This document shows, in pieces, positions 17,715 to 27,830 of a stretch of 64,000 nt of DNA; the first letter of the stretch is position 1; each line of letters opens with the position of its first letter. This DNA is from a virus (Duplodnaviria; Caudoviricetes). The stretch covers positions 64,001 through 128,000 of the IMG/VR virus record IMGVR_UViG_3300001525_000092. The stretch is one strand, 5' to 3'. Both the position numbers and the translations under genes were made by a program. The notes beneath the pieces were generated by a model, which saw nothing but the letters and a program-made list of their open reading frames with translations, was not told the origin of the DNA and did not search any database.

Positions 17715-18725
17715 TTACTTATCATTCAAGTTGTCTGGTATGTTAGAGTCGATGTATTTCTTGATGTCTTGGTTCAGGTCTATTCCAGATTCTATGCTAG
17801 ATAACATGTTGCTATCCACTGTCACAACTCTTATAGATATTCCAGGATTGCTCAGCTTCAGTTCTTTGCACTTCTCTATGTATTCTGCTTTGTTCACTTT
17901 GTCTTTGTCTATGTAAAGCTGAACAAAGCAGTTCTCAAACTTGTCTAAATGGAATATCTGCTCATTGAAGTATCTCAAGAATATCGGTGTCCACTCATTA
18001 GTTACTTTATCGATCACATGATTTCCTTCTAAGACATATATGTGCTTGTATTCATTGACATCATTGAAGTTCAGTGAGAGTGCAGATCCAACATTCCATA
18101 GTCTGTTCTCTTCATCTTTCCAAGGTGTGTGGATATGTCCACTATATACCCAAGCATTTCCTCTTGCAAGCAACTTAGACTTGTCCCATGTCTGAAGATC
18201 ACTATGACAGAATATTCTGTTGATCTTCTCTCTCTTGTAGTGTTCCATTGTCTGATAGTAAAGCTCATCATCTTCTGTGAAGAACCAGGGAAGATACAAG
18301 TCACCATCTTCATCTAGAAATGGATTTTCTGTATATATGTGCAAGTTGTCATGACAGTCTAGAAACTCTTTTCCGAGCACCATCTCATACACATTGTAGT
18401 GCATGTCTTCTTTCTTCCCACTATAGTAGTCATGATTTCCTGCTAGTATGTGCACTTGCACATCAGATGGAAGAATCTCAAGAAGATGCCTTATCTCATC
18501 TTTCACTTTGATTCCTACTAATGTGTTAGTGCTATATCTGATGTCAAACAAGTCTCCTAAGAAGATGATCTTGTCTACTCCTCTCTGCACGGCTGTTCTA
18601 TATACTACACTGTGAAAGTAGTCTAGCATCCAGTCTAGCCACTGAATAGAGTTAGTCTTAGTTCCAAAGTGAAAGTCACCTATGACTAATGCTCTACTGT
18701 CTCTTTTATCTACATTGATTTCCAT
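17715..18725 (-). CDS. Mre11/SbcD-like nuclease (gp47)
   Basis: GDFHFG, LGDLFD, GNHD, SGHIH motifs; next to gp46. Confidence 0.92.
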   Translation of the reverse strand: MEINVDKRDSRALVIGDFHFGTKTNSIQWLDWMLDYFHSVVYRTAVQRGVDKIIFLGDLFDIRYSTNTLVGIKVKDEIRHLLEILPSDVQVHILAGNHDYYSGKKEDMHYNVYEMVLGKEFLDCHDNLHIYTENPFLDEDGDLYLPWFFTEDDELYYQTMEHYKREKINRIFCHSDLQTWDKSKLLARGNAWVYSGHIHTPWKDEENRLWNVGSALSLNFNDVNEYKHIYVLEGNHVIDKVTNEWTPIFLRYFNEQIFHLDKFENCFVQLYIDKDKVNKAEYIEKCKELKLSNPGISIRVVTVDSNMLSSIESGIDLNQDIKKYIDSNIPDNLNDK

Positions 18726-18778
18726 ATAATGTAATATAGATTAATAGATAATTTTATTTCAAGAATAATTAAATTAAT

Positions 18779-18806
18779 TTGAAATTCTGAAACTTTGTTC
18801 TATCTT
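18779..18806 (+). promoter_or_regulatory. Class A promoter
   Basis: TTGAAA-N16-TATCTT; a divergent 18-bp-spaced copy at 18733-18762 precedes gp47. Confidence 0.65.
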
Positions 18807-18825
18807 TAATCTGAACAAAATAAAT

Positions 18826-19419
18826 ATGATTATGATGAACAGAAACTACAATGAAGCTCCAATGATGGATCAGAAAACATTTGATATTTGTGAAGGTTAT
18901 GACTTGAACAACACTTCTAAAGAAGTTCTTGACAACTTCATCAATGAGAAGACTATCATTTGGGTCACAGACATTTGCTTGATGAATGATGAAGGAATCA
19001 TGCCAACAGGCGAGAGATATGTGACAAGCGGAATTGGTCACAACTATATTGTTCCTTGCATAGTACAGAAGATCAAGAACACTTACTGCTTGAGAGATGT
19101 GTGGATGTATTGTGGAAAAGAAAAGTACACTGAATTGGTTGAAAAATATCCACATTATCAGTTTGAACATGGAATGGAAACCAAGACTTTTGAAAATGGA
19201 GGTGGATTCTTCTTTCTTGAAGATGATGTTCATGCAAGCACTACCTATGAGTACATCAACAAAATAAGATTCAATATAGAAAAAGAATATGAAAAGTTAG
19301 AGAAGACTACTTGGGTAAAAGATATTGTGCAAAAGACTACATTCTCTATAGAAGAAGCAAAGAAAGCTCTTAGTAAAGTACACAACATTCCAGTAGAAGA
19401 AATTGAAATCAAACTTTGA
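18826..19419 (+). CDS. Paralog-array protein 1
   Basis: Shares I.PC.I and C-terminal (S/T)..E..K.....I.I motifs with neighbours. Confidence 0.65.
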   Translation: MIMMNRNYNEAPMMDQKTFDICEGYDLNNTSKEVLDNFINEKTIIWVTDICLMNDEGIMPTGERYVTSGIGHNYIVPCIVQKIKNTYCLRDVWMYCGKEKYTELVEKYPHYQFEHGMETKTFENGGGFFFLEDDVHASTTYEYINKIRFNIEKEYEKLEKTTWVKDIVQKTTFSIEEAKKALSKVHNIPVEEIEIKL

Positions 19420-19738
19420 TAAGACAAGAATCATGTATCAGTATAAGAAAGAAGATCTTGACAAGATGGTCAAGAAATCATATCAGTTTACTTTAGTGCA
19501 ACACATACTTGACTTACAGGACAAGGTCAAGGAACTAGAAGAAGAGAATGCTTCTCTAAAGACAGAAGCAGAGACGGCCAGGTCTAACTATGACAAAGCT
19601 AGCAACTCACTAGCTATGGAGATTGGAACTAAGATGATGGACTGGATGAGCAAGTGCTCTCTATCTAGAGATGAAGTTCATGACATAGTAGAAGATGATG
19701 TGAAGAACAATCTACGTGTGACAACTGAAGCTGACTGA
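19403..19738 (+). CDS. Coiled-coil hypothetical protein
   Basis: LQDKVKELEEENASLK heptads. Confidence 0.6.
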   Translation: MKSNFDKTRIMYQYKKEDLDKMVKKSYQFTLVQHILDLQDKVKELEEENASLKTEAETARSNYDKASNSLAMEIGTKMMDWMSKCSLSRDEVHDIVEDDVKNNLRVTTEAD

Positions 19739-19836
19739 CCTGAGTACTCTTGCTAGTCAGAGCACTATCATGAGACATCATGCACTTGGAAAGGACAAGA
19801 GTTTTCTACTGAGACATATTAATCAAACATAATAGC

Positions 19837-20319
19837 ATGGAACTAAAGAAATATTCAGATTTCAGAAACAATGAGTCAGCAGACAAGTTTGTTATGTCTG
19901 GCAGAGACAATGACTTGGAACTGGAAGAAGTAGTGTGGGCAGTCTTTCCTAAAGATGACAACATACGCCCATTGAAAGTCATCATTGACTTGATGAGAAT
20001 GACATTGAAGCTGCAGTCACTTACCATCAATGAGATGGAAAGTCTTAAGCTGAAGAACAGTGATGGCATTGTCAATAGCTACAACTTTGATAGGAGCATG
20101 ACTTTTGACAGTGACGGAACTTATCATGTAGTAGGCGTTGACAAGATAAAGCTATTCAGCAATGTGATAGATGCTAGAGAGTTTGTTGAAGCTAAGACAG
20201 ATGCAGACTTCATCAGACGAGAAGGACACTATTACATATTGTCATTGAGAGAAGCAAGAGGAATCATTGCTAAAGCATTAGGAGTGAACAGTAAGTTGAT
20301 ACAGCTGGAAATACAGTGA
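19837..20319 (+). CDS. Paralog-array protein 2
   Basis: C-terminal LSLREARGIIAKALGV..IQL. Confidence 0.65.
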   Translation: MELKKYSDFRNNESADKFVMSGRDNDLELEEVVWAVFPKDDNIRPLKVIIDLMRMTLKLQSLTINEMESLKLKNSDGIVNSYNFDRSMTFDSDGTYHVVGVDKIKLFSNVIDAREFVEAKTDADFIRREGHYYILSLREARGIIAKALGVNSKLIQLEIQ

Positions 20320-21032
20320 TTATGATGGAAAGAGAAAAGTACAAGAAAGACGCAGAAGGTGCTGTCTACCTCGATAAGCAATATTGGGATTGGAAAGAAT
20401 GCCTACATTTCACAGACAAAGAATCTATTGACAAGCATGCATTGCCTATTTTGCATGTAGAGATGAGGTCTAACATGTACCCAGAATGGAAGTTTGATGA
20501 TGAATACAAAGAAGATGCTATTTATGACATGAACAAGGTTGTCTTCCGTGTGACTATCCATGAAGACAATGGAAAGATTGTTGACAACTTCATTGAGCCA
20601 TGCATCATCTATGGAGATGACAGACCAAATTTTGATCAGTACTTTGTTGATAGAGTAAGTTCTAAAGTATTAGAGAGAATCAAGAGCAACAAAGTGAGTT
20701 GGAAGCATCTTGCACTTTCTACTGACTCAGAAGATTCACTTACTATAATAGATAGAAAGAACTCTATAGAAAAGTATAGTGTTGCTAAGCCCATTTATTG
20801 TACAGATAGAAAATGGACATGGACAAAGATTTTCGGCAACTATGAGATGGCTAACTCTTATAGATACAACAAGTACATAGAATTGAAGAACAAGAAAGAA
20901 AGTGAAGAGTATGATAAGTTTCTTAAAGAAGCATCAGAAATTCTAGAAGACAAGAAAGTCATCACATTGACAGAGATAGCAAAAGCATTCAATTGTGACA
21001 AAGATAAAATTATCTTGGATTTGTCAAGATAA
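20316..21032 (+). CDS. Paralog-array protein 3
   Basis: IEPCII; C-terminal ITLTEIAKAFN..II. Confidence 0.65.
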   Translation: MIMMEREKYKKDAEGAVYLDKQYWDWKECLHFTDKESIDKHALPILHVEMRSNMYPEWKFDDEYKEDAIYDMNKVVFRVTIHEDNGKIVDNFIEPCIIYGDDRPNFDQYFVDRVSSKVLERIKSNKVSWKHLALSTDSEDSLTIIDRKNSIEKYSVAKPIYCTDRKWTWTKIFGNYEMANSYRYNKYIELKNKKESEEYDKFLKEASEILEDKKVITLTEIAKAFNCDKDKIILDLSR

Positions 21033-21034
21033 TT

Positions 21035-21062
21035 TTGAAATTTATTTTGTTTTGACTATCTT
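21035..21062 (+). promoter_or_regulatory. Class A promoter
   Basis: TTGAAA-N16-TATCTT; leader nearly identical to that at 18779. Confidence 0.65.
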
Positions 21063-21080
21063 TAATCTGAACAAAACAAT

Positions 21081-21773
21081 ATGATGATTATGAATACAAA
21101 CAAGATGAATGCTTTTGAGTTGAAGAATGTAGTGAACAAGATGATAGCAGACAATGCTATCACCAAGTTCAATATGATGAAGCTATTTGATACTGATGAA
21201 GACTTGATAGACAAGTTCTTGAAAGAAGAGAACATGTCTTTTATTGACATGAGTGAGCTTCACCTTAACTTTGCTGTCACTATCAGAAATGAGAACGGAC
21301 GTCTCAAGAACTGTAAGATCATTCCTTGTTTCATTGTCTATATGGGCAATCATCAGTTCAAGGCAGTTCCTGTTCCTGGAGAGCTAGCTTCTCGAAAGTA
21401 TGATGCTAACTTTAATCTCAAGATCTTTGATGACATGTTTGCAACAAGATATGGTAATTGTTGGTTTCACTTGTCAAAAGACAATGAGTTCAAGTTTGAT
21501 GATGCTTCTACTTCTAACACAGTTTTCTTCTCATTATTAGAAGATGCAAAGAACTACTTGAACACTTATACTAAGTGGTTTCATACAAAGAAGAAAGAAG
21601 ATGATGATAGAAAGAAAGATGGAATCTTCACAGTAGCAGAGATTGCAGAGAAGCTTGGAATACCAGTAGACAATCTGAAGATTGTTGATGATGCTGACAC
21701 AGACCATATGTACTTCGATGGAGTCAATCGAGAGTTGTATGGAGAGCTCCCAGATTCAGATTACATCTATTAA
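21081..21773 (+). CDS. Paralog-array protein 4
   Basis: IIPCFI; FTVAEIAEKLGIPVDNLKI. Confidence 0.65.
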   Translation: MMIMNTNKMNAFELKNVVNKMIADNAITKFNMMKLFDTDEDLIDKFLKEENMSFIDMSELHLNFAVTIRNENGRLKNCKIIPCFIVYMGNHQFKAVPVPGELASRKYDANFNLKIFDDMFATRYGNCWFHLSKDNEFKFDDASTSNTVFFSLLEDAKNYLNTYTKWFHTKKKEDDDRKKDGIFTVAEIAEKLGIPVDNLKIVDDADTDHMYFDGVNRELYGELPDSDYIY

Positions 21774-21798
21774 TCAACATATAACAAAAAGAAATATC

Positions 21799-22398
21799 AT
21801 GAACTTGACAGTAGCTATAACAGTGAAAGATAGCAATGGGAACTTGATAGGACCAGGCAACGGATGTCCTATCTTGTATCTTCGTGGTTCTGATGATGCT
21901 AATGATGATGCATATACAGCATTGGTGACACCAGAGTTTTTTAGCTATCTTTTCCAAAACAAATGCTTTGCTGATGTAGGCAACTATGTTGGCACCAGAA
22001 TATATGTCTCTTATTATGCTACAGAAGATGAAGTGAAGTACATCAACACACCATTGCAAGCAGCATGGACATTTGATTATCTTAGGGAAAATGCAAATAG
22101 ATGTCCTGCACTTGCATGGGTACCTACTTATCACGCATTGAAGTACATTTGGGATGCTAGCTTCGAAGGAACTGAGATTCCGCTCTCTTATGATGGTGAC
22201 TTGTCAGAAGATTCAACTATGCAAGAGGTAATATCTTTGTATGACAAGGTAAAAGAGAAGTTCGGTACCAAGTTGACTAAGGAGACATTCATCCAGAGCA
22301 TCAACTCCTGGTTGCAACGAAGAGAGATGTTTGACTTGTCAGAACACAACATAGCATATATAGTAGAACAGTTAGAAATGATTTTAAAAGATAAATAA
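21799..22398 (+). CDS. Hypothetical protein
   Basis: Start MNLTVAIT chosen to avoid overlap. Confidence 0.6.
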   Translation: MNLTVAITVKDSNGNLIGPGNGCPILYLRGSDDANDDAYTALVTPEFFSYLFQNKCFADVGNYVGTRIYVSYYATEDEVKYINTPLQAAWTFDYLRENANRCPALAWVPTYHALKYIWDASFEGTEIPLSYDGDLSEDSTMQEVISLYDKVKEKFGTKLTKETFIQSINSWLQRREMFDLSEHNIAYIVEQLEMILKDK

Positions 22399-22400
22399 CT

Positions 22401-23039
22401 ATGGTAGCTTACAAGAAACTTAACAAAGAAGAGCGTAGAATTGTTTGCCAGAAGATGGTCAACAAGTTATGGGAGAAGTCTGATGCATTGAAGCTTCTTC
22501 GAGATATAGACAAGAAGTATGAGAGTCTTATGAGGCGAAACATTCCTGATGAAGTGACTGCTTTTGCTAAGAAGTATCCTAAGACAATCAAGACATCTAG
22601 CATTAATTTATATACAAGGAGCTTTCTTCCTAAAGAGAATGCTTGGTGCAATGAGTCATGTTTCAATTGGCCTTACATCAATGCGAACAATGTCATTCTA
22701 GGATTCTTTAAAGACAAAGAGATGAATGAATCTTTCTTCTATAATTATGATAAATTGATTGAGTACATCAAAGAAGAAGATATGTCATTGTACAATAAGA
22801 TTGCGGAAGAGCTGATTCCTAAGCTTCAAGAGATTGAGAAATTTGCAAAGTCACTTCGCTGTGCTCTCGACAAGATAATTACTGTCAACAAGCTCAAGAT
22901 GGAGATTCCAGAAGCTTATGAGATCTATGCACAGAGATTTGGTGAGCCAGCAAAGACAGAAGCACCTTGCTCAGAGAAGAAGTCAGACTTCTGTGATACT
23001 GTAGAGAAGATTCGTATGCAATATAATAGCAAGAAATAA
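22401..23039 (+). CDS. Hypothetical protein (possibly Nmad5-like)
   Basis: L..I.TV.KL..E.PEA segment near C-terminus; family call tentative. Confidence 0.45.
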   Translation: MVAYKKLNKEERRIVCQKMVNKLWEKSDALKLLRDIDKKYESLMRRNIPDEVTAFAKKYPKTIKTSSINLYTRSFLPKENAWCNESCFNWPYINANNVILGFFKDKEMNESFFYNYDKLIEYIKEEDMSLYNKIAEELIPKLQEIEKFAKSLRCALDKIITVNKLKMEIPEAYEIYAQRFGEPAKTEAPCSEKKSDFCDTVEKIRMQYNSKK

Positions 23040-23054
23040 TTGAATATATAAAAG

Positions 23055-23660
23055 ATGAAGAAATATAACTTAGAGTTCTTGCATTGGAAGCTCAATGTAA
23101 GTCAATTGAAAGAAAAAGAAATCAACAAGATAATCTATGTGCTGGGACAGTCACGGCATGTGAAGGACATCTCATTCTATTGCTATGGTGAGTGCACATT
23201 CAGTCCTGAAGATGAAGACACTCACTGGCATCCTATTGTTGAAGAGTTGCCTACATTCAATAGAAAGCATGCTAACATGGCTATCTTTGATGTGCATGTA
23301 GTGAATGGAAGTGGACAGTATGACAAGTTGTTCTTATATCATAGCAACAATACGCGCATATCTAACTGGGGTTATGTCTTGTACAACACTAAGACTGGTG
23401 AGCAAAAGCACAAGTATTGCGTCTATGATGACATGTTTGACATAATTATGCACATCAACAGAGAGTTGAATAAGATACAGCGACATGAAGACGGAAAGAT
23501 GCATGATGAGCCTTATAAAGGAATCTACAAGAATGTGTTCATGCGACGCAATGGCACTCTAGCATTGAATGACAGATACAGAAAAGACTTTGAAGACTTG
23601 CCTATTGTATTTGTCTCAAAAGAAGTGTACAGGAACAACAAGTCTTTCATTGAGTTGTAA
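23055..23660 (+). CDS. Hypothetical protein
   Basis: Long ORF in operon. Confidence 0.6.
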   Translation: MKKYNLEFLHWKLNVSQLKEKEINKIIYVLGQSRHVKDISFYCYGECTFSPEDEDTHWHPIVEELPTFNRKHANMAIFDVHVVNGSGQYDKLFLYHSNNTRISNWGYVLYNTKTGEQKHKYCVYDDMFDIIMHINRELNKIQRHEDGKMHDEPYKGIYKNVFMRRNGTLALNDRYRKDFEDLPIVFVSKEVYRNNKSFIEL

Positions 23661-23693
23661 TTTTTAACTAAATTCAATTTCAACGAATGTCAG

Positions 23694-24644
23694 ATGGCAG
23701 ATGAATCATCAAATAGCATAATACATCAACAAGTGGGCGAAGTGCCCATAAACACATCAGTCAAGCCAGAAGACTTGACACATGGTATACCAGTAGATGT
23801 CTTAGACCAAGGATATACTACCTATGGAATGGTACAGCAAGCAGCTATCCATCTTATGGGTTCTGCTCCATTGAACGAGTTAGATGACAATGGAAACTTG
23901 AAGTCAGTTCCGGATGCTAAGGCAAAAGCAATAGCAGACAGATGTGTGAAGTATGCATACATGCTATTAGATTCACTTGCTTCTGGCAATCCTGGTTCTG
24001 GTAGCTCAGATGAAGATGAAGATGGATGTTGTTGCAAGATAGCTTATGAGAAGAAGCATGCATGGTTGTGTTACTCACACACTAACATAGAAGAATGCAA
24101 CAAGTGCACATATCATTCAATATGTCCATGTGTGAGTGGGTCTGGTAGCTCTGGAGGTGGATCAGGGTCATCTGATCACTTAGACACTACTAAGTGTTGT
24201 TGCTATCAAGCAATAGAGCAAACTGGATCATGCTTGTGTTACTCATGTACTAAACCGGAAGAATGTGAGAAATGTACTTACAAAGACATCTGTGATTGCA
24301 AGCCTGGCAATCCAAAGGAACGAATACTAGAAAGTCAACAAATAAAGAATCTAGAGAATCAGATAAAGAACTCTGCCAAGCCTAGCACACCAATTCCTTC
24401 TATGCCAACATTGTCTAATCTAGATAGTGTCATAACAGATCCAGTGTTGAATCAGCAAGTCAATGACATACTAAGGAAGCAACACATCAAGAACTTGTCT
24501 GATGTAGTGTCTAGCCTTGGATTAGTACCTTCTCCTAAGCCTACACCTTCACAAGTCACAGATGAAGAACTCAGAAAAGAGCTTGAAGAGATCATGGGTC
24601 CTATAGACTTGCCTCCTATTGACATAGACCAACCAAAACATTAA
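23694..24644 (+). CDS. Protein with two Cys-rich tandem repeats
   Basis: CCC-x11-CYS-x5-C-x-KCTY-x2-IC-x-C twice, joined by a Gly/Ser linker. Confidence 0.7.
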   Translation: MADESSNSIIHQQVGEVPINTSVKPEDLTHGIPVDVLDQGYTTYGMVQQAAIHLMGSAPLNELDDNGNLKSVPDAKAKAIADRCVKYAYMLLDSLASGNPGSGSSDEDEDGCCCKIAYEKKHAWLCYSHTNIEECNKCTYHSICPCVSGSGSSGGGSGSSDHLDTTKCCCYQAIEQTGSCLCYSCTKPEECEKCTYKDICDCKPGNPKERILESQQIKNLENQIKNSAKPSTPIPSMPTLSNLDSVITDPVLNQQVNDILRKQHIKNLSDVVSSLGLVPSPKPTPSQVTDEELRKELEEIMGPIDLPPIDIDQPKH

Positions 24645-24657
24645 ATAGAGCAAAGAC

Positions 24658-24999
24658 ATGAAAAGAATTTTTTCGCTTGCATTGATGATGTCAACTATAT
24701 TCATCATGATTAGTTGCATCACACCTGATGTTCCTGTAGTTGTCACAACAGGCACTCATGTTGAATATAGATCTATACCTCCTGTCATATATAGTCACCC
24801 ATTGCCACCTCCTCACTTTGATAGATATCGCTATGTTTGTCCACTTCCAAAGAGAGACTTGTACAAGCCTGTATGGCTGCAGAGACCAAGTGTGAAGCCA
24901 AGACTCAAATCTGAATTTGGCAACATGAACAGAAAGCAAGTAGACAGACCTAAGAATGTGCCTAATCCAAGAAACAAAAATTTTGGAAGAAATCGATGA
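24658..24999 (+). CDS. Putative Pro/Arg-rich lipoprotein
   Basis: MKRIFSLALMMSTIFIMIS-C. Confidence 0.6.
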   Translation: MKRIFSLALMMSTIFIMISCITPDVPVVVTTGTHVEYRSIPPVIYSHPLPPPHFDRYRYVCPLPKRDLYKPVWLQRPSVKPRLKSEFGNMNRKQVDRPKNVPNPRNKNFGRNR

Positions 25000-25088
25000 A
25001 CTTTTACTACAGAAATTTCTATTATTAAACTTGAATACTTAAGTATTCAATCATATTAAATAACAATTTAAATTTAAAGTAACGAAAA

Positions 25089-25250
25089 ATGAAAAAGTTA
25101 GTTTTGATGTTTGCTATGATTGTGGCAGTGTCTTTTGCTTCATGTGGCAATTCAACAAACTCTTCTGCATCTGCAAGTGATTCAGATACAGTAGTAGTTG
25201 ACAGTGCAACTGACTCAGTTACAGTTGATAGTGCTACAGTAGCCAAGTAA
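25089..25250 (+). CDS. Small Bacteroidota-style lipoprotein (53 aa, not in ORF track)
   Basis: MKKLVLMFAMIVAVSFAS-CGN..DSDTVVVDSATDSVTVDS; followed by terminator at 25276-25308. Confidence 0.8.
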   Translation: MKKLVLMFAMIVAVSFASCGNSTNSSASASDSDTVVVDSATDSVTVDSATVAK

Positions 25251-25311
25251 TTGACTTGGATGAAACAAATCGTAGATGCAGAATTCAGCAATGGATTCTG
25301 CATTTTTTGTT

Positions 25312-25339
25312 TTGAAATAATCTAAAATATTTCTATATT
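25312..25339 (+). promoter_or_regulatory. Class A promoter
   Basis: TTGAAA-N16-TATATT. Confidence 0.7.
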
Positions 25340-25374
25340 TATAAAGTAATACATAAATTAATAGAAAGTAGATT

Positions 25375-26439
25375 ATGTCGAATATAAAATCAAAACTTAC
25401 ACTTGTTGTTGATGGAAACTGGTTGATGATGTCTCGTCTTAGCATTCTTAGAATGAGAATCAAAGATGAAGACACTCTTATCAAAGAGCTTAAGTTGATG
25501 ATGATAAAGTCTATCAATAAGCTTATTCGTGACATTCCACAGATTGACAATGTGATATTTGTTGCAGATGGTGGTTCTTGGAGAAACAAAGTAGAGATTC
25601 CAAGTTTCTTAAAGAAAGATCATATCACATACAAAGGAACAAGAGAGAAAGACAAAGAACTTGATTGGGACAAGATATTTGTTGGATATGATGACTTCAT
25701 CAATGTACTTAGAGATACTGGTGTCTCTGTATATAGAGAAAGTGGAATAGAAGGCGATGATTGGTGTAATTATTGGTCTAAGTTGCTGAACTCAAAGAAC
25801 ATCAATTGCTTGATATGGTCTGCTGACCGAGACTTGACACAACTAGTGAAGATAGATCCTAAGACTAAAGTGTTCACTGCAACTTGGAACAAGAACTATA
25901 TGACAATTGAAAGCATTGATCATAGTTCAGACAATGACATGGACTTCTTCTTCAATAGCTATGACTCTAATGAGAATCAGAAGTTGTTAGAGACACTTTG
26001 CATGAAAGCTAAGCGTGTTGATGAGATACATCCTATGGATGTTGTAATTGATAAGCTGATTCGTGGTGACATTGGAGACAACGTGATTCCTGTAGTGTAC
26101 AAGAAAGGAAAGTCGTCAAACAAGTTGTTTAGAGTATCTCAGAAAGAGCTTGACTTTAATCTTGACATTACTCGTCTTGATGATGTCAATGCTTACTTTG
26201 AAGAACTTCTTGATAAGAAAGCATGGAAAGGAAAAGCTACAGCCAATGCAGATGAATGTGTAGAGCACTTCTTCTATAATGAGAGACTTGTATGGCTTGA
26301 CGCTAGTCAGTATCCTGATGAGATATTAGAGAAGATGACAAAGTATCAGTTGAAGCCATGTTACAAAGACTTGTCATTAGCTGAGCAAAAGATACAAGCA
26401 GAGAAGAATGAAGTATTTGATGTTCTTGAAGAAATTTAA
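25375..26439 (+). CDS. 5'-3' exonuclease / T4 RNase H-like flap nuclease
   Basis: VVDGN, SWR, YKGTR, EGDD, SADRDL.QL, GD.GDN. Confidence 0.9.
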   Translation: MSNIKSKLTLVVDGNWLMMSRLSILRMRIKDEDTLIKELKLMMIKSINKLIRDIPQIDNVIFVADGGSWRNKVEIPSFLKKDHITYKGTREKDKELDWDKIFVGYDDFINVLRDTGVSVYRESGIEGDDWCNYWSKLLNSKNINCLIWSADRDLTQLVKIDPKTKVFTATWNKNYMTIESIDHSSDNDMDFFFNSYDSNENQKLLETLCMKAKRVDEIHPMDVVIDKLIRGDIGDNVIPVVYKKGKSSNKLFRVSQKELDFNLDITRLDDVNAYFEELLDKKAWKGKATANADECVEHFFYNERLVWLDASQYPDEILEKMTKYQLKPCYKDLSLAEQKIQAEKNEVFDVLEEI

Positions 26440-26522
26440 TGAAATATTTTGAAATAAATGAGATTGGTTCTATATTTAATACGTTAATTAAATGTAGAAC
26501 CAATTTAAGTATTATAAAGATT

Positions 26523-26882
26523 ATGGTAGATCGTTTGAATCAAGAGTTAGAATTAGATGACTTAGTACTTATCTGTCATCCTAAGACATCAGTCCTCCTT
26601 CGTTGCATTGTGAAGAAGATCAATGCAAAGACAGTCACAGTACATGCTCTTCCAGAGTCAGAAAAAGAGAATGAGACTTCTCAATATTGCCAACATGACA
26701 TGGTTGGTATTGGTGATCATAAATTTCATGGAAACTACTTCAGAATTAGTAAAGGTTTCAATAGACGTCCAGAAGAAGTAGTGAAGATTGGACATTATCG
26801 GACTATCCAAGACAACGGAAAAGACATCCATTACTCTAATGTTGAGATTGGTGATGAAGAACTTTGGCCAACCGACTTGTAA
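26523..26882 (+). CDS. Hypothetical SH3/KOW-like protein
   Basis: MVDRLNQELELDDLVL..RRPEEVVKI. Confidence 0.55.
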   Translation: MVDRLNQELELDDLVLICHPKTSVLLRCIVKKINAKTVTVHALPESEKENETSQYCQHDMVGIGDHKFHGNYFRISKGFNRRPEEVVKIGHYRTIQDNGKDIHYSNVEIGDEELWPTDL

Positions 26883-26896
26883 AAATCAATTTAATC

Positions 26897-27142
26897 ATGC
26901 TAAAAAGAAATAAGATTCCTATGAAGAAAGACATCAGTGGTTTTGATGTGAAGAAAGGTTATGTTGTGTTGTTAGCTACTACTGATAGCAACAACCTTCT
27001 TCATGCTAAAATAATAAAAGAGACAACCGCTTCTCTTATGTGTGAGATATTTGATGCTCCAGATGGCTATAGATGGCTTAATGGTAAAGTAGTTCGTCGC
27101 AAGCCGGAGCAAGTGATAGTGATAAGCCCATTTGACAACTAA
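26897..27142 (+). CDS. Hypothetical SH3/KOW-like protein
   Basis: KDISGFDVKKGYVVL..RKPEQVIVI. Confidence 0.55.
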   Translation: MLKRNKIPMKKDISGFDVKKGYVVLLATTDSNNLLHAKIIKETTASLMCEIFDAPDGYRWLNGKVVRRKPEQVIVISPFDN

Positions 27143-27160
27143 TTAAAATCACAATAGACT

Positions 27161-27826
27161 ATGAAGATTATATATGATGAGATGTATCCTGAAGAGTTCT
27201 TCAGATATGGAGGTGTAGTTCTTGTTGGTAGCTGGAACTTCAAAGTAGAGACTTATGGTCATTGGAAACAGACTACTGCGGCTCATGCATGGAACTATGA
27301 CTACATCAACAAGTATGGAGGCGATGCTTGGATTGGTGACATGCACTTCTCTTATGACAAAGAGAACAATGTCTTCAAGTACAAAGGATCTTTTCCTAAA
27401 GTAGAGACAAATGATCCGTATGGTGTTCCTAATGTTTGCTTCAGTCTAGTTGATGATCAAGATGCAAGATGGGAGAAATATGCTAAGCAACGCAAAGAAC
27501 GTGGATTTGATGATTCAGAATTGTGGAATCTTGATTGCTCAATTGCTAAGTTCATCCTTCCTCGTCTTGAGAGATACCAAGAAATCAAGTGCGCACACCC
27601 TGCTAACTTGACAGAAGAAGAGTGGACAAGACGAGTTGCATTGATGATATCAGCATTCAAGACTTACTTGTATGACATTGACTTGACTAATGATGAGAAA
27701 GTCATCAAGAAATTCTGTAAGCAAGGCATCATCAAGAAGAATGTAGATGATGCATTGAAACTCCATAAAGAATATCTTGAAGGAATGGAGTACTTTCATA
27801 AGTATTGGACTTGGTTAGGTGACTAA
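27161..27826 (+). CDS. Hypothetical phage protein
   Basis: Long ORF with genome-typical codon usage. Confidence 0.65.
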   Translation: MKIIYDEMYPEEFFRYGGVVLVGSWNFKVETYGHWKQTTAAHAWNYDYINKYGGDAWIGDMHFSYDKENNVFKYKGSFPKVETNDPYGVPNVCFSLVDDQDARWEKYAKQRKERGFDDSELWNLDCSIAKFILPRLERYQEIKCAHPANLTEEEWTRRVALMISAFKTYLYDIDLTNDEKVIKKFCKQGIIKKNVDDALKLHKEYLEGMEYFHKYWTWLGD

Positions 27827-27830
27827 CCCA

